Below, piece by piece: positions 18,222 to 27,120 of a DNA stretch of 64,000 bases. Numbering within the stretch: the first letter of the stretch is position 1; every line of letters starts with the position of its first letter. Source of the DNA: a virus (taxonomy: Duplodnaviria; Caudoviricetes); the IMG/VR virus record IMGVR_UViG_3300009873_000007, positions 1 to 64,000 of that record. One strand, given 5' to 3'. Position numbers and translations under genes: made by a program. Under the pieces are notes generated by a model. That model saw only the letters and a list, made by a program, of their open reading frames with translations. It searched no databases and had not been told where the DNA came from.

Positions 18222-18268
18222 GGCGCACGTAATGGGGATCACTCCCTGATACGTGCGCCTTTTGTTTT
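18222..18268 (+). terminator. intrinsic terminator ahead of the late genes
   Basis: GGCGCACGT...ACGTGCGCC followed by TTTTGTTTT. Confidence 0.8.
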
Positions 18269-18389
18269 ACCTGAAAATATACGGATACGCCCTGCCCAGC
18301 GGTTAGCCTTCAGAACTTCACCGCCGAACAGAGCGCAAGGATATGATAAAGCAAGTTTCGTATCCTGGCAAGGCGATGTTTTTTGGACT

Positions 18390-18956
18390 GTGCCAGGTGT
18401 GGATGTGGATGAACAGCATGATGTTACCGGGCGTAACAGCACGATTGGCGGTGATCATGTTGGTGGCACAAAGGCCGGACAGGATTATATCGAGGGTGAA
18501 GTTTCCGTCGAAGGTGACGACGCTCTCACTGTTGTTGGCAAAAACGTTAACCAAGACATCACCAGATTACGTGATCAGGTGGTTGGCGGCAGCGTCCAGA
18601 TCAACGTACCCGGCTGGAATCCAACGGTTTCACATGGTCAGGATAGTGGTCGTGGAGACATTAGCGTGAGCGTCGAGGCTGAATTGCGTGGCGAATTAGG
18701 CCGGTTGCGTGACACTATCAATAATCTGGCTGTGCAGGTTGGTCGCCTAGATACGACGTTGGTATTCGAGGTTAAATCGACCGAGGCACGATTCGCTAAA
18801 ATTGAGGAGCTACTAGAGAAGTTTTCTGACATCGCTAAAGAGCCAAGATCGACGCTCGGCACAAACGCATTGTATTCAATTCTTTTTGTGCTCGGCTTAA
18901 TCGCTATCCTGTTGGGTATCGGCCTATGGATGTTGGCGAATGGTGGTGGCGTATGA
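18390..18956 (+). CDS. hypothetical protein with coiled coil and C-terminal TM helix
   Basis: Heptad region then ALYSILFVLGLIAILLGIGLWML. Confidence 0.7.
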   Translation: MPGVDVDEQHDVTGRNSTIGGDHVGGTKAGQDYIEGEVSVEGDDALTVVGKNVNQDITRLRDQVVGGSVQINVPGWNPTVSHGQDSGRGDISVSVEAELRGELGRLRDTINNLAVQVGRLDTTLVFEVKSTEARFAKIEELLEKFSDIAKEPRSTLGTNALYSILFVLGLIAILLGIGLWMLANGGGV

Positions 18957-19315
18957 TGCCGATCCTGTATGACCTGTGGGATCGCCTGATGAGTATCCCA
19001 TATGAACTATGGCAGACGCTCATCTACAACGGCCTCGCCGTGTGGACGTTTGTAGCTGCCGCCGGTACGGTACTTTGGTATATCAATGTGCGACGGGAAG
19101 CAGTGACGCTCGGACTGGCATTTTATTTGTTTTTTCAATTCATCAACGTTGTGCTGATTGCACTCTCTACCGGTATTGCTCCGATGTTTGAGTTAGACGA
19201 GTTTCGACCATACATCCTGGCGAGTCGTGGCCTAGTGCTACTGTCATTGCATGTGATTGTGCCGGTTGTGATCTGGCGAGTGATTCAGGCATCAAAGCAG
19301 CAAGGTGGTGATTAG
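18953..19315 (+). CDS. multi-pass membrane protein (holin candidate)
   Basis: Three hydrophobic segments; function not assignable. Confidence 0.6.
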   Translation: MMPILYDLWDRLMSIPYELWQTLIYNGLAVWTFVAAAGTVLWYINVRREAVTLGLAFYLFFQFINVVLIALSTGIAPMFELDEFRPYILASRGLVLLSLHVIVPVVIWRVIQASKQQGGD

Positions 19316-19806
19316 TGGCTACTCGTTTTGTCGGTACTCCATTTGGTGCAGAGTTTCCAGCGTCGAATTTTCCGCAATTGACGCTGGTCAACCGGCGGCC
19401 AGTGCTTGCTTTCGATGCTTCAACCGACGAAACGGCCTACTGGACGTTCGTTGCGCCGCAGGGATTGACCGGCACGATTACGTTGGTGATCACCTACATG
19501 ATGGCATCGGCCACTAGCGGTACAGTTGGGCTTCAGGCACAACTAGAGGCGGTTACGGATGGTGATGCGACCGACCTAGACAATACCACGTCATTTGACA
19601 GCGTGAACAATTCGGCCAGCACCACGGTTCCAGGCACGGCGGGCCACATCGATCAGATTTCAATCACACTTACAAACAGTGATTCGTTGGCCGCTGGTGA
19701 TTATGTGCGCCTGAGCGTCAACCGCGATGCCGATGGTTCGGCTATTACTGATAGCGCCACTGGCGATCTCTATTTGTTGACTGTCGAACTGCGGGATGCA
19801 GCTTAA
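19315..19806 (+). CDS. beta-rich putative virion protein
   Basis: S/T/G-rich beta-sandwich-like composition; coupled to the fibre module. Confidence 0.7.
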   Translation: MATRFVGTPFGAEFPASNFPQLTLVNRRPVLAFDASTDETAYWTFVAPQGLTGTITLVITYMMASATSGTVGLQAQLEAVTDGDATDLDNTTSFDSVNNSASTTVPGTAGHIDQISITLTNSDSLAAGDYVRLSVNRDADGSAITDSATGDLYLLTVELRDAA

Positions 19807-19953
19807 ACAGTCGTGAGGATTATCAGATTCCAAAATTTCTTCTAACTGGCGAAGGCATAAAACACACACGCCATCATCATTGAAACGGTGTTCGATGCCT
19901 TCGATTAGCGGGCCGATAAATGGCATTTGTCGCATTTGTTCGTAATTAGTCAT
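19660..19953 (-). CDS. small antisense ORF with CxxC motifs
   Basis: AAGGAG SD and TGcTATACT extended -10 upstream of ATG 19953. Confidence 0.45.
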   Translation of the reverse strand: MTNYEQMRQMPFIGPLIEGIEHRFNDDGVCVLCLRQLEEILESDNPHDCLSCIPQFDSQQIEIASGAISNSRTIGIAVDAQAHIITSGQRITVCKCD

Positions 19954-20030
19954 ATTTGCTCCTTTTGGATGCAAGTATAGCATAAAAACATCTTTATCTG
20001 TGTTGCAATTTGTTAACAAATCGGTGATCT

Positions 20031-22421
20031 GTGAGTGTACGATTTGATGCGTCAGGAGATAATTTAGCACTAGCAAGCGCACCATCTGGCGACTTCGCCA
20101 TCATGGGTTGGTTTTACATCAGTGTGGATCGCAATGACTATTCCACAATGATGTATATGGGGCCAACCACCAACAATTTTGCACAAACATTTTGGGTTGG
20201 CACAGGCTCGGATGGGGTAACGCTAGAGGTATTTTCGCTCCAAAATTCAACGCCACGATTTACCGCTGCCACACTATCGACGGCAACGTGGTATCACCTG
20301 GCGCTAGTCGGCAACACCGGATCAGGCCAGACGCTAACGCTCTATGTCAACGGCGCATCGAGTGGAAGCGGAACAAGCGGCGCAGGCACATACAACGCCG
20401 GCCAAACGAAATTCGGCGCTGACAACGAAGGCACAACCGAGCCGTTCAATGGCCGAGCGGCGTACATTAAAATTTTTAATTCGGCGCTGACCATCACCGA
20501 TGTGCAAGCCGAGATGAACACCATCCGGCCACATCGGGCGACCTGGGCATGGCTGCCGGTTTTCCCTGGCGCAACAGAACGGGCCAGAGATTACAGCGGC
20601 AATGGTCGCAATTTCACCGAAAACGGCACGCTGACGGACGAGGCAGAGCCGCCAGTTTCACATGGCGGGCAGACGTGGTTTCTGCCATTCTATGTGGCGA
20701 CGGGTGGCGATTTATCGGTATCGGTCAGCGACTCTATCACAGTAAGCGAGTCGGTATCTCGCCTGCTTGAATCGTACATTAACAAATCAGAGAGTATTGA
20801 AGTTACCGAAGCGGTATCGGCGGAACTGATCCACCTGGCATCGGTGAGCGATAGCGTTGCTGTCGCAGAGTCGGTGACTGTGGATGTACCGTTGACCGTA
20901 TCGGTTAGTGAATCGGTGACGGTGGCTGAGTCGATTATCCGGCATGTTGAATCCTACATCAGTGTAGCCGATTCTGCCACGGTCACAGACACGCCAGCAT
21001 TGACGCTAATCCATCTGGTAAGCGTGGCTGATAGTGTGGAGGTCAGCGAGTCGGCTAGTGCGTTGCTCGTCTCCGATGTCAGTGTCACCGATGGTATTAC
21101 GGTTGCAGAGACAGTCACCCGGCATCTGGAATCGTATGTCAGCGTCAGCGAGTCGGTTAATGTTGCTGAGTCAATCGAGCGGCTAGTAGAGTCCTACATC
21201 GGCGTAGCTGATAGCGCATCGGTCGCTGAGGCTGTTAGCGCCACATTGATTCATCTGGTCAGCGTTGAGGATACTGTCAGTGTTGCTGAGGTTATCACAC
21301 GGCTACTAGAATCCTACATCAACGTTAGCGATTCTATTACCGTTGGTGAGTCGGTATCACTATCGATTGTATCGGCGGGCGATCTGACTGTCAGTGTCAG
21401 CGATGAAATTGCGGTAGCCGAAGCGGTATCACGGTTAGTCGAATCATACATCAATGCCAGCGACGCGATAGAAGTCACTGAGACGATTAGCCGAACGCTG
21501 ATCAGTGATGTATCGGTAGCCGATAGCATCACGGCTGATGAAACAGTAGCAGCAATCTTGGTGCATCTACCGAGTGTGGCAGATAGCATCACGGTTGATG
21601 AATCGCTATCGCTGGACGTGCCAGTATCGGTATCCGTTGCCGATGCTATCACCGCTAGCGAATCTATCACTGTTGCCGTGTTGGATAGCGGTACACTGGC
21701 GATTAACGTATCTGACTCCGTAGCGGTCGCTGAGGCGGCTACAGTCAGTTTCGATGCCGAGATCGCAGTAAGTGACAGTGTAGCGGTTTCTGAAGCGTCT
21801 AGCGCCGTTCTGGTGAGTTTAGTCAGTGTCGCAGATTCTATCGCCGTCGCTGAGTCGATTGTCGTCGCCACGCTGATTGACATGGTGGCCGCCGACGCTA
21901 TCACGGTCGCTGAATCAACCACACTGACGATTGATACTGAGATCGTAGCGGCGGAATCAATCACGGTCGCAGAATCCACATCGGCGCTCGTTGAATCACT
22001 CGTCAGCGTTGCAGACAGCATCACAGTAGCCGAGTCTGTGGAAGTCGCTACATCGCTGGCTGTGGCTGTCAGCGAAGCGATTACGGTCAGCGAGTCAATT
22101 ACGCTAGTCGTTGTGGTGGAAACAGCGGTTAGTGACTCGGTAACGGTTAGTGAAGCGGTCGCTATCACTGTTGGCGCTGCGGGCCAGATTGAGATCAGCG
22201 TCAGTGAGTCAATCACGGTCACCGAGTCTGTAACGGTACTGCTACCTGACCCGCTGGCGATCAGCGCCAGTGATGCAATCACCGTGAGTGAGTTAGTAAC
22301 GGCGTTCATTTTGGGCGCTGTCCTAATAGATGTCACATTGTCTGATAGTGCGGTCACCAGGCTATCACTATCCGATTCAGTTGTCACAAGGTTAGTTTTG
22401 TCAGACAGTTCTAGATCATAG
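20031..22421 (+). CDS. LamG/ConA-like head plus ~25 acidic 20-aa repeats; putative fibre
   Basis: WYHLALV...LYVNG...FNGRAAYIKIFNSALT; then DS[IV]xVxES[VI] repeats. Confidence 0.85.
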   Translation: MSVRFDASGDNLALASAPSGDFAIMGWFYISVDRNDYSTMMYMGPTTNNFAQTFWVGTGSDGVTLEVFSLQNSTPRFTAATLSTATWYHLALVGNTGSGQTLTLYVNGASSGSGTSGAGTYNAGQTKFGADNEGTTEPFNGRAAYIKIFNSALTITDVQAEMNTIRPHRATWAWLPVFPGATERARDYSGNGRNFTENGTLTDEAEPPVSHGGQTWFLPFYVATGGDLSVSVSDSITVSESVSRLLESYINKSESIEVTEAVSAELIHLASVSDSVAVAESVTVDVPLTVSVSESVTVAESIIRHVESYISVADSATVTDTPALTLIHLVSVADSVEVSESASALLVSDVSVTDGITVAETVTRHLESYVSVSESVNVAESIERLVESYIGVADSASVAEAVSATLIHLVSVEDTVSVAEVITRLLESYINVSDSITVGESVSLSIVSAGDLTVSVSDEIAVAEAVSRLVESYINASDAIEVTETISRTLISDVSVADSITADETVAAILVHLPSVADSITVDESLSLDVPVSVSVADAITASESITVAVLDSGTLAINVSDSVAVAEAATVSFDAEIAVSDSVAVSEASSAVLVSLVSVADSIAVAESIVVATLIDMVAADAITVAESTTLTIDTEIVAAESITVAESTSALVESLVSVADSITVAESVEVATSLAVAVSEAITVSESITLVVVVETAVSDSVTVSEAVAITVGAAGQIEISVSESITVTESVTVLLPDPLAISASDAITVSELVTAFILGAVLIDVTLSDSAVTRLSLSDSVVTRLVLSDSSRS

Positions 22422-22432
22422 GAGTTTCAACA

Positions 22433-22945
22433 ATGAGTTACGCAACACTTGAGCAGGCGATTGCGGCGAAGTCCAATGTTCCTGCGGAACCGGTTAAAAT
22501 CCGTGGTTTCTTCCGCGTGCAGATCGATCAGAGCGGCGAGATCGTCGGGGATTCCGGTTGGAAAGAAAACCAGGTGGTCAACCTGGGATTCAATCAGTAT
22601 TTGGTCAGCACGTTGGGTGCTATCGCTGGTAGTAAGCAAGTCTCGCATATGGTGCTCGGCACTGGCGGTGCTCCTGCGGCTGGTGATACTACCCTGGCCG
22701 GCGAAGTCGAGAAACGAGCGGCTGTGACCGCTGCCACGTCCAGCACGAGCAAGGCTGTGCAATTCACCGCTACCTTTGCCAGCGCCAACAGTTTTGTGAC
22801 CAACACGCAAAACATCAGCAACATTGCCCTGGCGCACACTAGCACGAAGGATGCTGCGACGATCTTCGCCGGCAATACTTTTGCGTCAAGCGCCGTGGCT
22901 ACGAATCAGAGCGTTAACGCCACTTATGTTGTGAGTTTTACGTAA
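22433..22945 (+). CDS. tail-collar-fibre-like (DUF3751-like) adaptor
   Basis: N.VVN.G...HMVLGTG..P..GDT.L..E motif; similar to 41581..42213. Confidence 0.6.
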   Translation: MSYATLEQAIAAKSNVPAEPVKIRGFFRVQIDQSGEIVGDSGWKENQVVNLGFNQYLVSTLGAIAGSKQVSHMVLGTGGAPAAGDTTLAGEVEKRAAVTAATSSTSKAVQFTATFASANSFVTNTQNISNIALAHTSTKDAATIFAGNTFASSAVATNQSVNATYVVSFT

Positions 22946-23003
22946 TAATCAACATAAATTGCAGAATCACATCAGGGCTGTATAGCCGTCAGATGAGAGG
23001 TTT

Positions 23004-23618
23004 ATGAAAGACATTCAAGAATTGTTAGCCAGTCGAAGCGGCATCCGCTTAGACATCGGCGGGGGTGCAAATCCGCAGCCCGGCTTCGTTAATCTCGATG
23101 TGAGAGATTTACCGACTGTGGATATTTGCTGGGACGCCAGGCGTATGCCGTGGCCGTTGCCAGATGAATCGGTGCTATGTGCGGTCGCTAGTCATCTCGT
23201 GGAGCATATTAGCCCGGATGCTGGCGACCATCGCATCGAATTGTTGGTGAATCTGTTAGTTAGCAAGGGTTTGCTATCGGCGGATGAAGTCAATGAGCAT
23301 CTAGGCGAAGTGGAATCAAAGCCAAGATTCATTCGATTCATGGATGAGGTGTGGAGGGTGCTAAAGCCGGGTGGTGAGTTTGCGATCTCCTGCCCTCATG
23401 CGTTTAGTGTGGGCCAGTCGCAAGACCCAACGCATGTCAATCCGGTGAATGAGATCACATGGGCCTATTTCGATCCATTTGAGTCGAATACTGGCGGGCT
23501 TTTGTGGCGTATTTATCGACCCATGCCCTATCGAATTAAGTACATCGCATTCGATCCATCGGCCAACATGGAAGTTGTTTTGGTGAAACGCTCATTGTCG
23601 GAGGTTGCCAATGTCTAA
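23004..23618 (+). CDS. class I SAM-dependent methyltransferase (non-DNA type)
   Basis: LDIGGG, NLD, SHLVEH, EVWRVLKPGG, DPTH. Confidence 0.85.
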   Translation: MKDIQELLASRSGIRLDIGGGANPQPGFVNLDVRDLPTVDICWDARRMPWPLPDESVLCAVASHLVEHISPDAGDHRIELLVNLLVSKGLLSADEVNEHLGEVESKPRFIRFMDEVWRVLKPGGEFAISCPHAFSVGQSQDPTHVNPVNEITWAYFDPFESNTGGLLWRIYRPMPYRIKYIAFDPSANMEVVLVKRSLSEVANV

Positions 23619-24390
23619 CGGTATCCAAGATTCTGGCAACTCCGGCTATGTCAATCGGTTTCTGATTGCGACCGCCACTACCGGTAACGTGCGTATCGAG
23701 TGGGTCGCTGCACGCTACAATCAGACGATCCCGGCAAACTGGTCAATGGTGCAGATGAACCAGTTTATGAACTCGTATTACCCGCTGCGTTATCAGGTGG
23801 CGGATGCACAAAACCTAATCGCAAGAGAATGCGTCAGAGGTGACTTCGAGTGGTTATTTTTGCTTGAACATGACGTGATTCTGCCATCTGAGGCGTTCGT
23901 TGTACTTCAGGAGTACATGCGAGAAAAGCGGTATCCTGTGGTTAGTGGGCTGTACTTCACTCGCTCACATCCATCGGAACCGGTGCTGTATCGTGGCCGG
24001 GGCAATAGCTACTATGCCGACTGGAAGATGGGCGATAAGGTGTGGTGCGATGGTGTGCCTACGGGTTGCTTGCTGATTCACGGTAGTCTCATCAAAGCCA
24101 TGTGGGACGAATCAGAAGAATACCGGCTTGGTGACATTGTGACAAGGCGAGTATTTGACACGCCACGCCATGCCTGGAGCGATCCTGAGACCGGCGCATT
24201 CAACACGAGTAGTGGCACATCCGATCTGGAATGGTGTAGCCGGGTGATGCAGGGCAACTTCTTTGCCAAAGCAGGCTGGCCGGAATATCAAAATATGCGA
24301 TGGCCGTTTCTTGTTGATACCGCAAAACTTTTTTGCCGCCACATCAACCCAAACGGTGAACAATTCCCGCCAGCGGGTACGAGGTGGTGA
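23611..24390 (+). CDS. GT-A fold (GT2-like) glycosyltransferase
   Basis: AQNLIA, WLFLLEHD (DxD-like), VVSGLY, TGCLLI, SDLEWC. Confidence 0.8.
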   Translation: MSNGIQDSGNSGYVNRFLIATATTGNVRIEWVAARYNQTIPANWSMVQMNQFMNSYYPLRYQVADAQNLIARECVRGDFEWLFLLEHDVILPSEAFVVLQEYMREKRYPVVSGLYFTRSHPSEPVLYRGRGNSYYADWKMGDKVWCDGVPTGCLLIHGSLIKAMWDESEEYRLGDIVTRRVFDTPRHAWSDPETGAFNTSSGTSDLEWCSRVMQGNFFAKAGWPEYQNMRWPFLVDTAKLFCRHINPNGEQFPPAGTRW

Positions 24391-24393
24391 CAA

Positions 24394-24783
24394 ATGATTC
24401 AATGGGGCCATGAGGATTCCAAGACGGTTGCCACCGGTAAATTCTATGTCACTGGCGGTACAGGCACTATCTACACCTCTGATGGTGTATCTATCGGGTC
24501 GTGTACGGTGAACGATAATGGCTGGAAAATCAGCACGAATGAACTTTCGATAGGCTACAGCGGAGGCAACATGCGAGGATTGTACAAGGCATACATTGTG
24601 ACGGCGGACGATGAGATCATCGAAGTTGAACCGTTCCTGTCTTACAAGGACAAGGCTGAAACAAAAGCATTGCTGAAATCCGGCTTGTTGACCGCCGATA
24701 ATGCTGATGACGTTGACGATTTCACCGTGATTCTGCAACGCCTCGGTGATGCGCCAGAGCATGATGAGGATGATAACGAGTGA
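24394..24783 (+). CDS. hypothetical protein
   Basis: ORF in operon. Confidence 0.65.
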   Translation: MIQWGHEDSKTVATGKFYVTGGTGTIYTSDGVSIGSCTVNDNGWKISTNELSIGYSGGNMRGLYKAYIVTADDEIIEVEPFLSYKDKAETKALLKSGLLTADNADDVDDFTVILQRLGDAPEHDEDDNE

Positions 24784-24995
24784 CCAACGTTACTGTTTTC
24801 ATCACCATCACTGGCGATGCCACCATTGATCGTGTTGCTATCCACGCACAGGGCGTCGATTATCATGCGGTCGATTGCGCCAGAGTGAATGACCTACATC
24901 GTTACACATTTCGCCTACCGCTGATTGAGGATACCACACCGACGATTGCTGTTAGCGTTACCGATGGCATTGCCACAGGAGAGCGACTTGGCTAA
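24780..24995 (+). CDS. hypothetical protein
   Basis: GTGA-coupled ORF. Confidence 0.5.
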   Translation: MTNVTVFITITGDATIDRVAIHAQGVDYHAVDCARVNDLHRYTFRLPLIEDTTPTIAVSVTDGIATGERLG

Positions 24996-25296
24996 CTTTG
25001 TTGCAAACACCTACGATATAGGCGATGTGGTCAGATGTAGGGCGATCTTCACTGACGCCGATAGTGTGGCTGTTGATCCCGCTGCTGTCGTGTTCAAATT
25101 CAAAGCGCCAGGATCGGCTATCGTCACCTATACGTATGGCGTTGATGGTCAACTACTCAAGACCTCCACAGGCATCTATTACGTTGACCTGACGATTGCC
25201 GCCGCCGGTACATATCGCTATCGGTTTGCTGCGACCGGCAGCGGTACGAGTGCCGGCGAGAAAACGTTTGTGGTGAGTGAGAGTGCGTTTGTGTAG
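24964..25296 (+). CDS. Ig/BppU-like beta-sandwich protein
   Basis: All-beta pattern ending STGIYYVDL...GTYRYRF. Confidence 0.6.
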   Translation: MALPQESDLANFVANTYDIGDVVRCRAIFTDADSVAVDPAAVVFKFKAPGSAIVTYTYGVDGQLLKTSTGIYYVDLTIAAAGTYRYRFAATGSGTSAGEKTFVVSESAFV

Positions 25297-25298
25297 CT

Positions 25299-25844
25299 AT
25301 GTTAAGCCTGAAGCATCAGCAGTTTGTAAATGAATACTTAAAATGCTGGAATGCAACCGAGGCATATCAACGGGTTTATCAGCGCGCAAGTTATGATACT
25401 GCCAGAGCGAACGCTGCAACATTACTAGCAGATACTAACATCTCTGAAGTGATCCGAAAACGCATCGAAGAAAACGCTATGTCTGCTGATGAGGTATTGA
25501 AGCGACTAGGCGAGCAGGCACGAGGCAGTATCGGTGATTTTGTTAGTATCAAAGACGGTTTACCGTTTGTTGACTTCAGCTTGGCGCAAGACAAGATACA
25601 CTTGGTTAAAAAGCTGAAAACTAAAACCAAGACATACACGCTGAAGGGTGATGAGGATAAATCAATCACCGAAACCGATGTGGAGTTTGAATTGTATGAT
25701 GCACAATCGGCGCTAGTGCATCTTGGCAAGCATCACGGTTTATTTGTGGATAAACAAGAAGTAACCGGGGCAAACGGCGAACCGATGCGGATGCGAGTTG
25801 AGTACGTAAATAACTGGCGTGCGTCATCTGATGAAAACAATTAG
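25299..25844 (+). CDS. terS: terminase small subunit
   Basis: HQQFVNEYLKCWNATEAY..., ALVHLGKHHGLF; directly before terL. Confidence 0.9.
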   Translation: MLSLKHQQFVNEYLKCWNATEAYQRVYQRASYDTARANAATLLADTNISEVIRKRIEENAMSADEVLKRLGEQARGSIGDFVSIKDGLPFVDFSLAQDKIHLVKKLKTKTKTYTLKGDEDKSITETDVEFELYDAQSALVHLGKHHGLFVDKQEVTGANGEPMRMRVEYVNNWRASSDENN

Positions 25845-27120
25845 ATTGCCATATCCGCACACCGGTCAACAGATTGTGCGCCAACAGGCGAAGCGATTCA
25901 ATTTTCTTAGTGGAGGCCGTCGCTGGCGCAAAACTACACTCGTCATGTCAATCGCCGTGGAAAGTGCCATCAAAAACCGTCGCATTATCTGGGGTGCGCC
26001 AACATACCAACAGGTACGGATTGGATTCAATGAAACGTACAAGGCGGCGGGCGGCATTGCTGATTTCAATCAATCACGCATGGAGGTTGTCTTTCCTACC
26101 GGTGGTTCTATCCTCTATCGTAGCCTTGATGATCCTGATAATGCTCGTGGTGAAACCGCCGATGGTGTGGTAATTGATGAGGTAGCAGACGTAAAACCGG
26201 CGGCATGGTATGAGGTGCTGCGACCGATGTTGATTGATACCGGCGGGTGGCTGTGGGCGATAGGCACGCCAAAAGGACGCAACTGGTTCTTTCAGGAGCA
26301 TACCGGCGCATTTAACCGTGATGATTCAATGGCATGGCAAGCACCGACCGTGGGCGCAGTGATTGAGAATGGCGTGTTGGTGCGTAAGCCACATCCATTA
26401 GAAAATCCACATATCCCGTTTGGTGAGATTGTTAGCTTGCATCAAACAATGACGGAACGGGCATTTCGACAGGAAGTGATGTCAGAGTTCCTCGAAGGGG
26501 AGGGAAGCGTCTTCCGAAACATCTATGCCTGTATGAATGCACCAGTATCGACACCGGAAGATCACAGAGGCCATCGCATTGTGGCCGGCTGTGACTGGGG
26601 CAAGCAGAATGATTACACTGCAATCTCGTTTGGGTGTGTTACTTGCCGCCAAGAGGTTGACAGAGATCGATTCAACAAGATTGACTATATGTTTCAGGCG
26701 CAACGGCTTCGTGCTATGTGCGAGAAATGGCGACCTGCCAGCATCCTGGCAGAACGCAATAGCATCGGTGAACCGGTGATTGAACAACTTGTTCGCATGG
26801 GCATGCCGATGGCACGAGGCGCTGATGAACAGTTTGGTTTTCTGACCACAGCGACAACCAAGCCGCCATTGATTGAGAATCTAGCGTTGACGCTGGAAAA
26901 AACAGAATGGCAGTTTCAAGCCGATCCTGTATGGACGGCGGAACTCGAAGCCTACGAACGTGAGGTATCGACTTCCACAGGGCGAAGCACATACGGTGCG
27001 CCGGAAGGCGGCCATGATGATACGGTTGTCGCTAGGGCGCTTATGGTGTGGCAAGCAACCAACATGGCGTCAGGTATGCCGCTAGTGATGGGTAGAGTTA
27101 AAGGTTGGAATCCAAGATGA
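25831..27120 (+). CDS. terL: terminase large subunit
   Basis: GGRRWRKT Walker A variant, VVIDE Walker B, GTPKG, GCDWG, HDDTV nuclease motif. Confidence 0.93.
   Translation: MKTIRLPYPHTGQQIVRQQAKRFNFLSGGRRWRKTTLVMSIAVESAIKNRRIIWGAPTYQQVRIGFNETYKAAGGIADFNQSRMEVVFPTGGSILYRSLDDPDNARGETADGVVIDEVADVKPAAWYEVLRPMLIDTGGWLWAIGTPKGRNWFFQEHTGAFNRDDSMAWQAPTVGAVIENGVLVRKPHPLENPHIPFGEIVSLHQTMTERAFRQEVMSEFLEGEGSVFRNIYACMNAPVSTPEDHRGHRIVAGCDWGKQNDYTAISFGCVTCRQEVDRDRFNKIDYMFQAQRLRAMCEKWRPASILAERNSIGEPVIEQLVRMGMPMARGADEQFGFLTTATTKPPLIENLALTLEKTEWQFQADPVWTAELEAYEREVSTSTGRSTYGAPEGGHDDTVVARALMVWQATNMASGMPLVMGRVKGWNPR

Noticed and set aside
20728-22310. DGR variable/template repeats or a DNA tandem array
   Set aside because: The periodicity is at protein level with divergent codons; no reverse transcriptase or adenine-specific repeat pair was seen.
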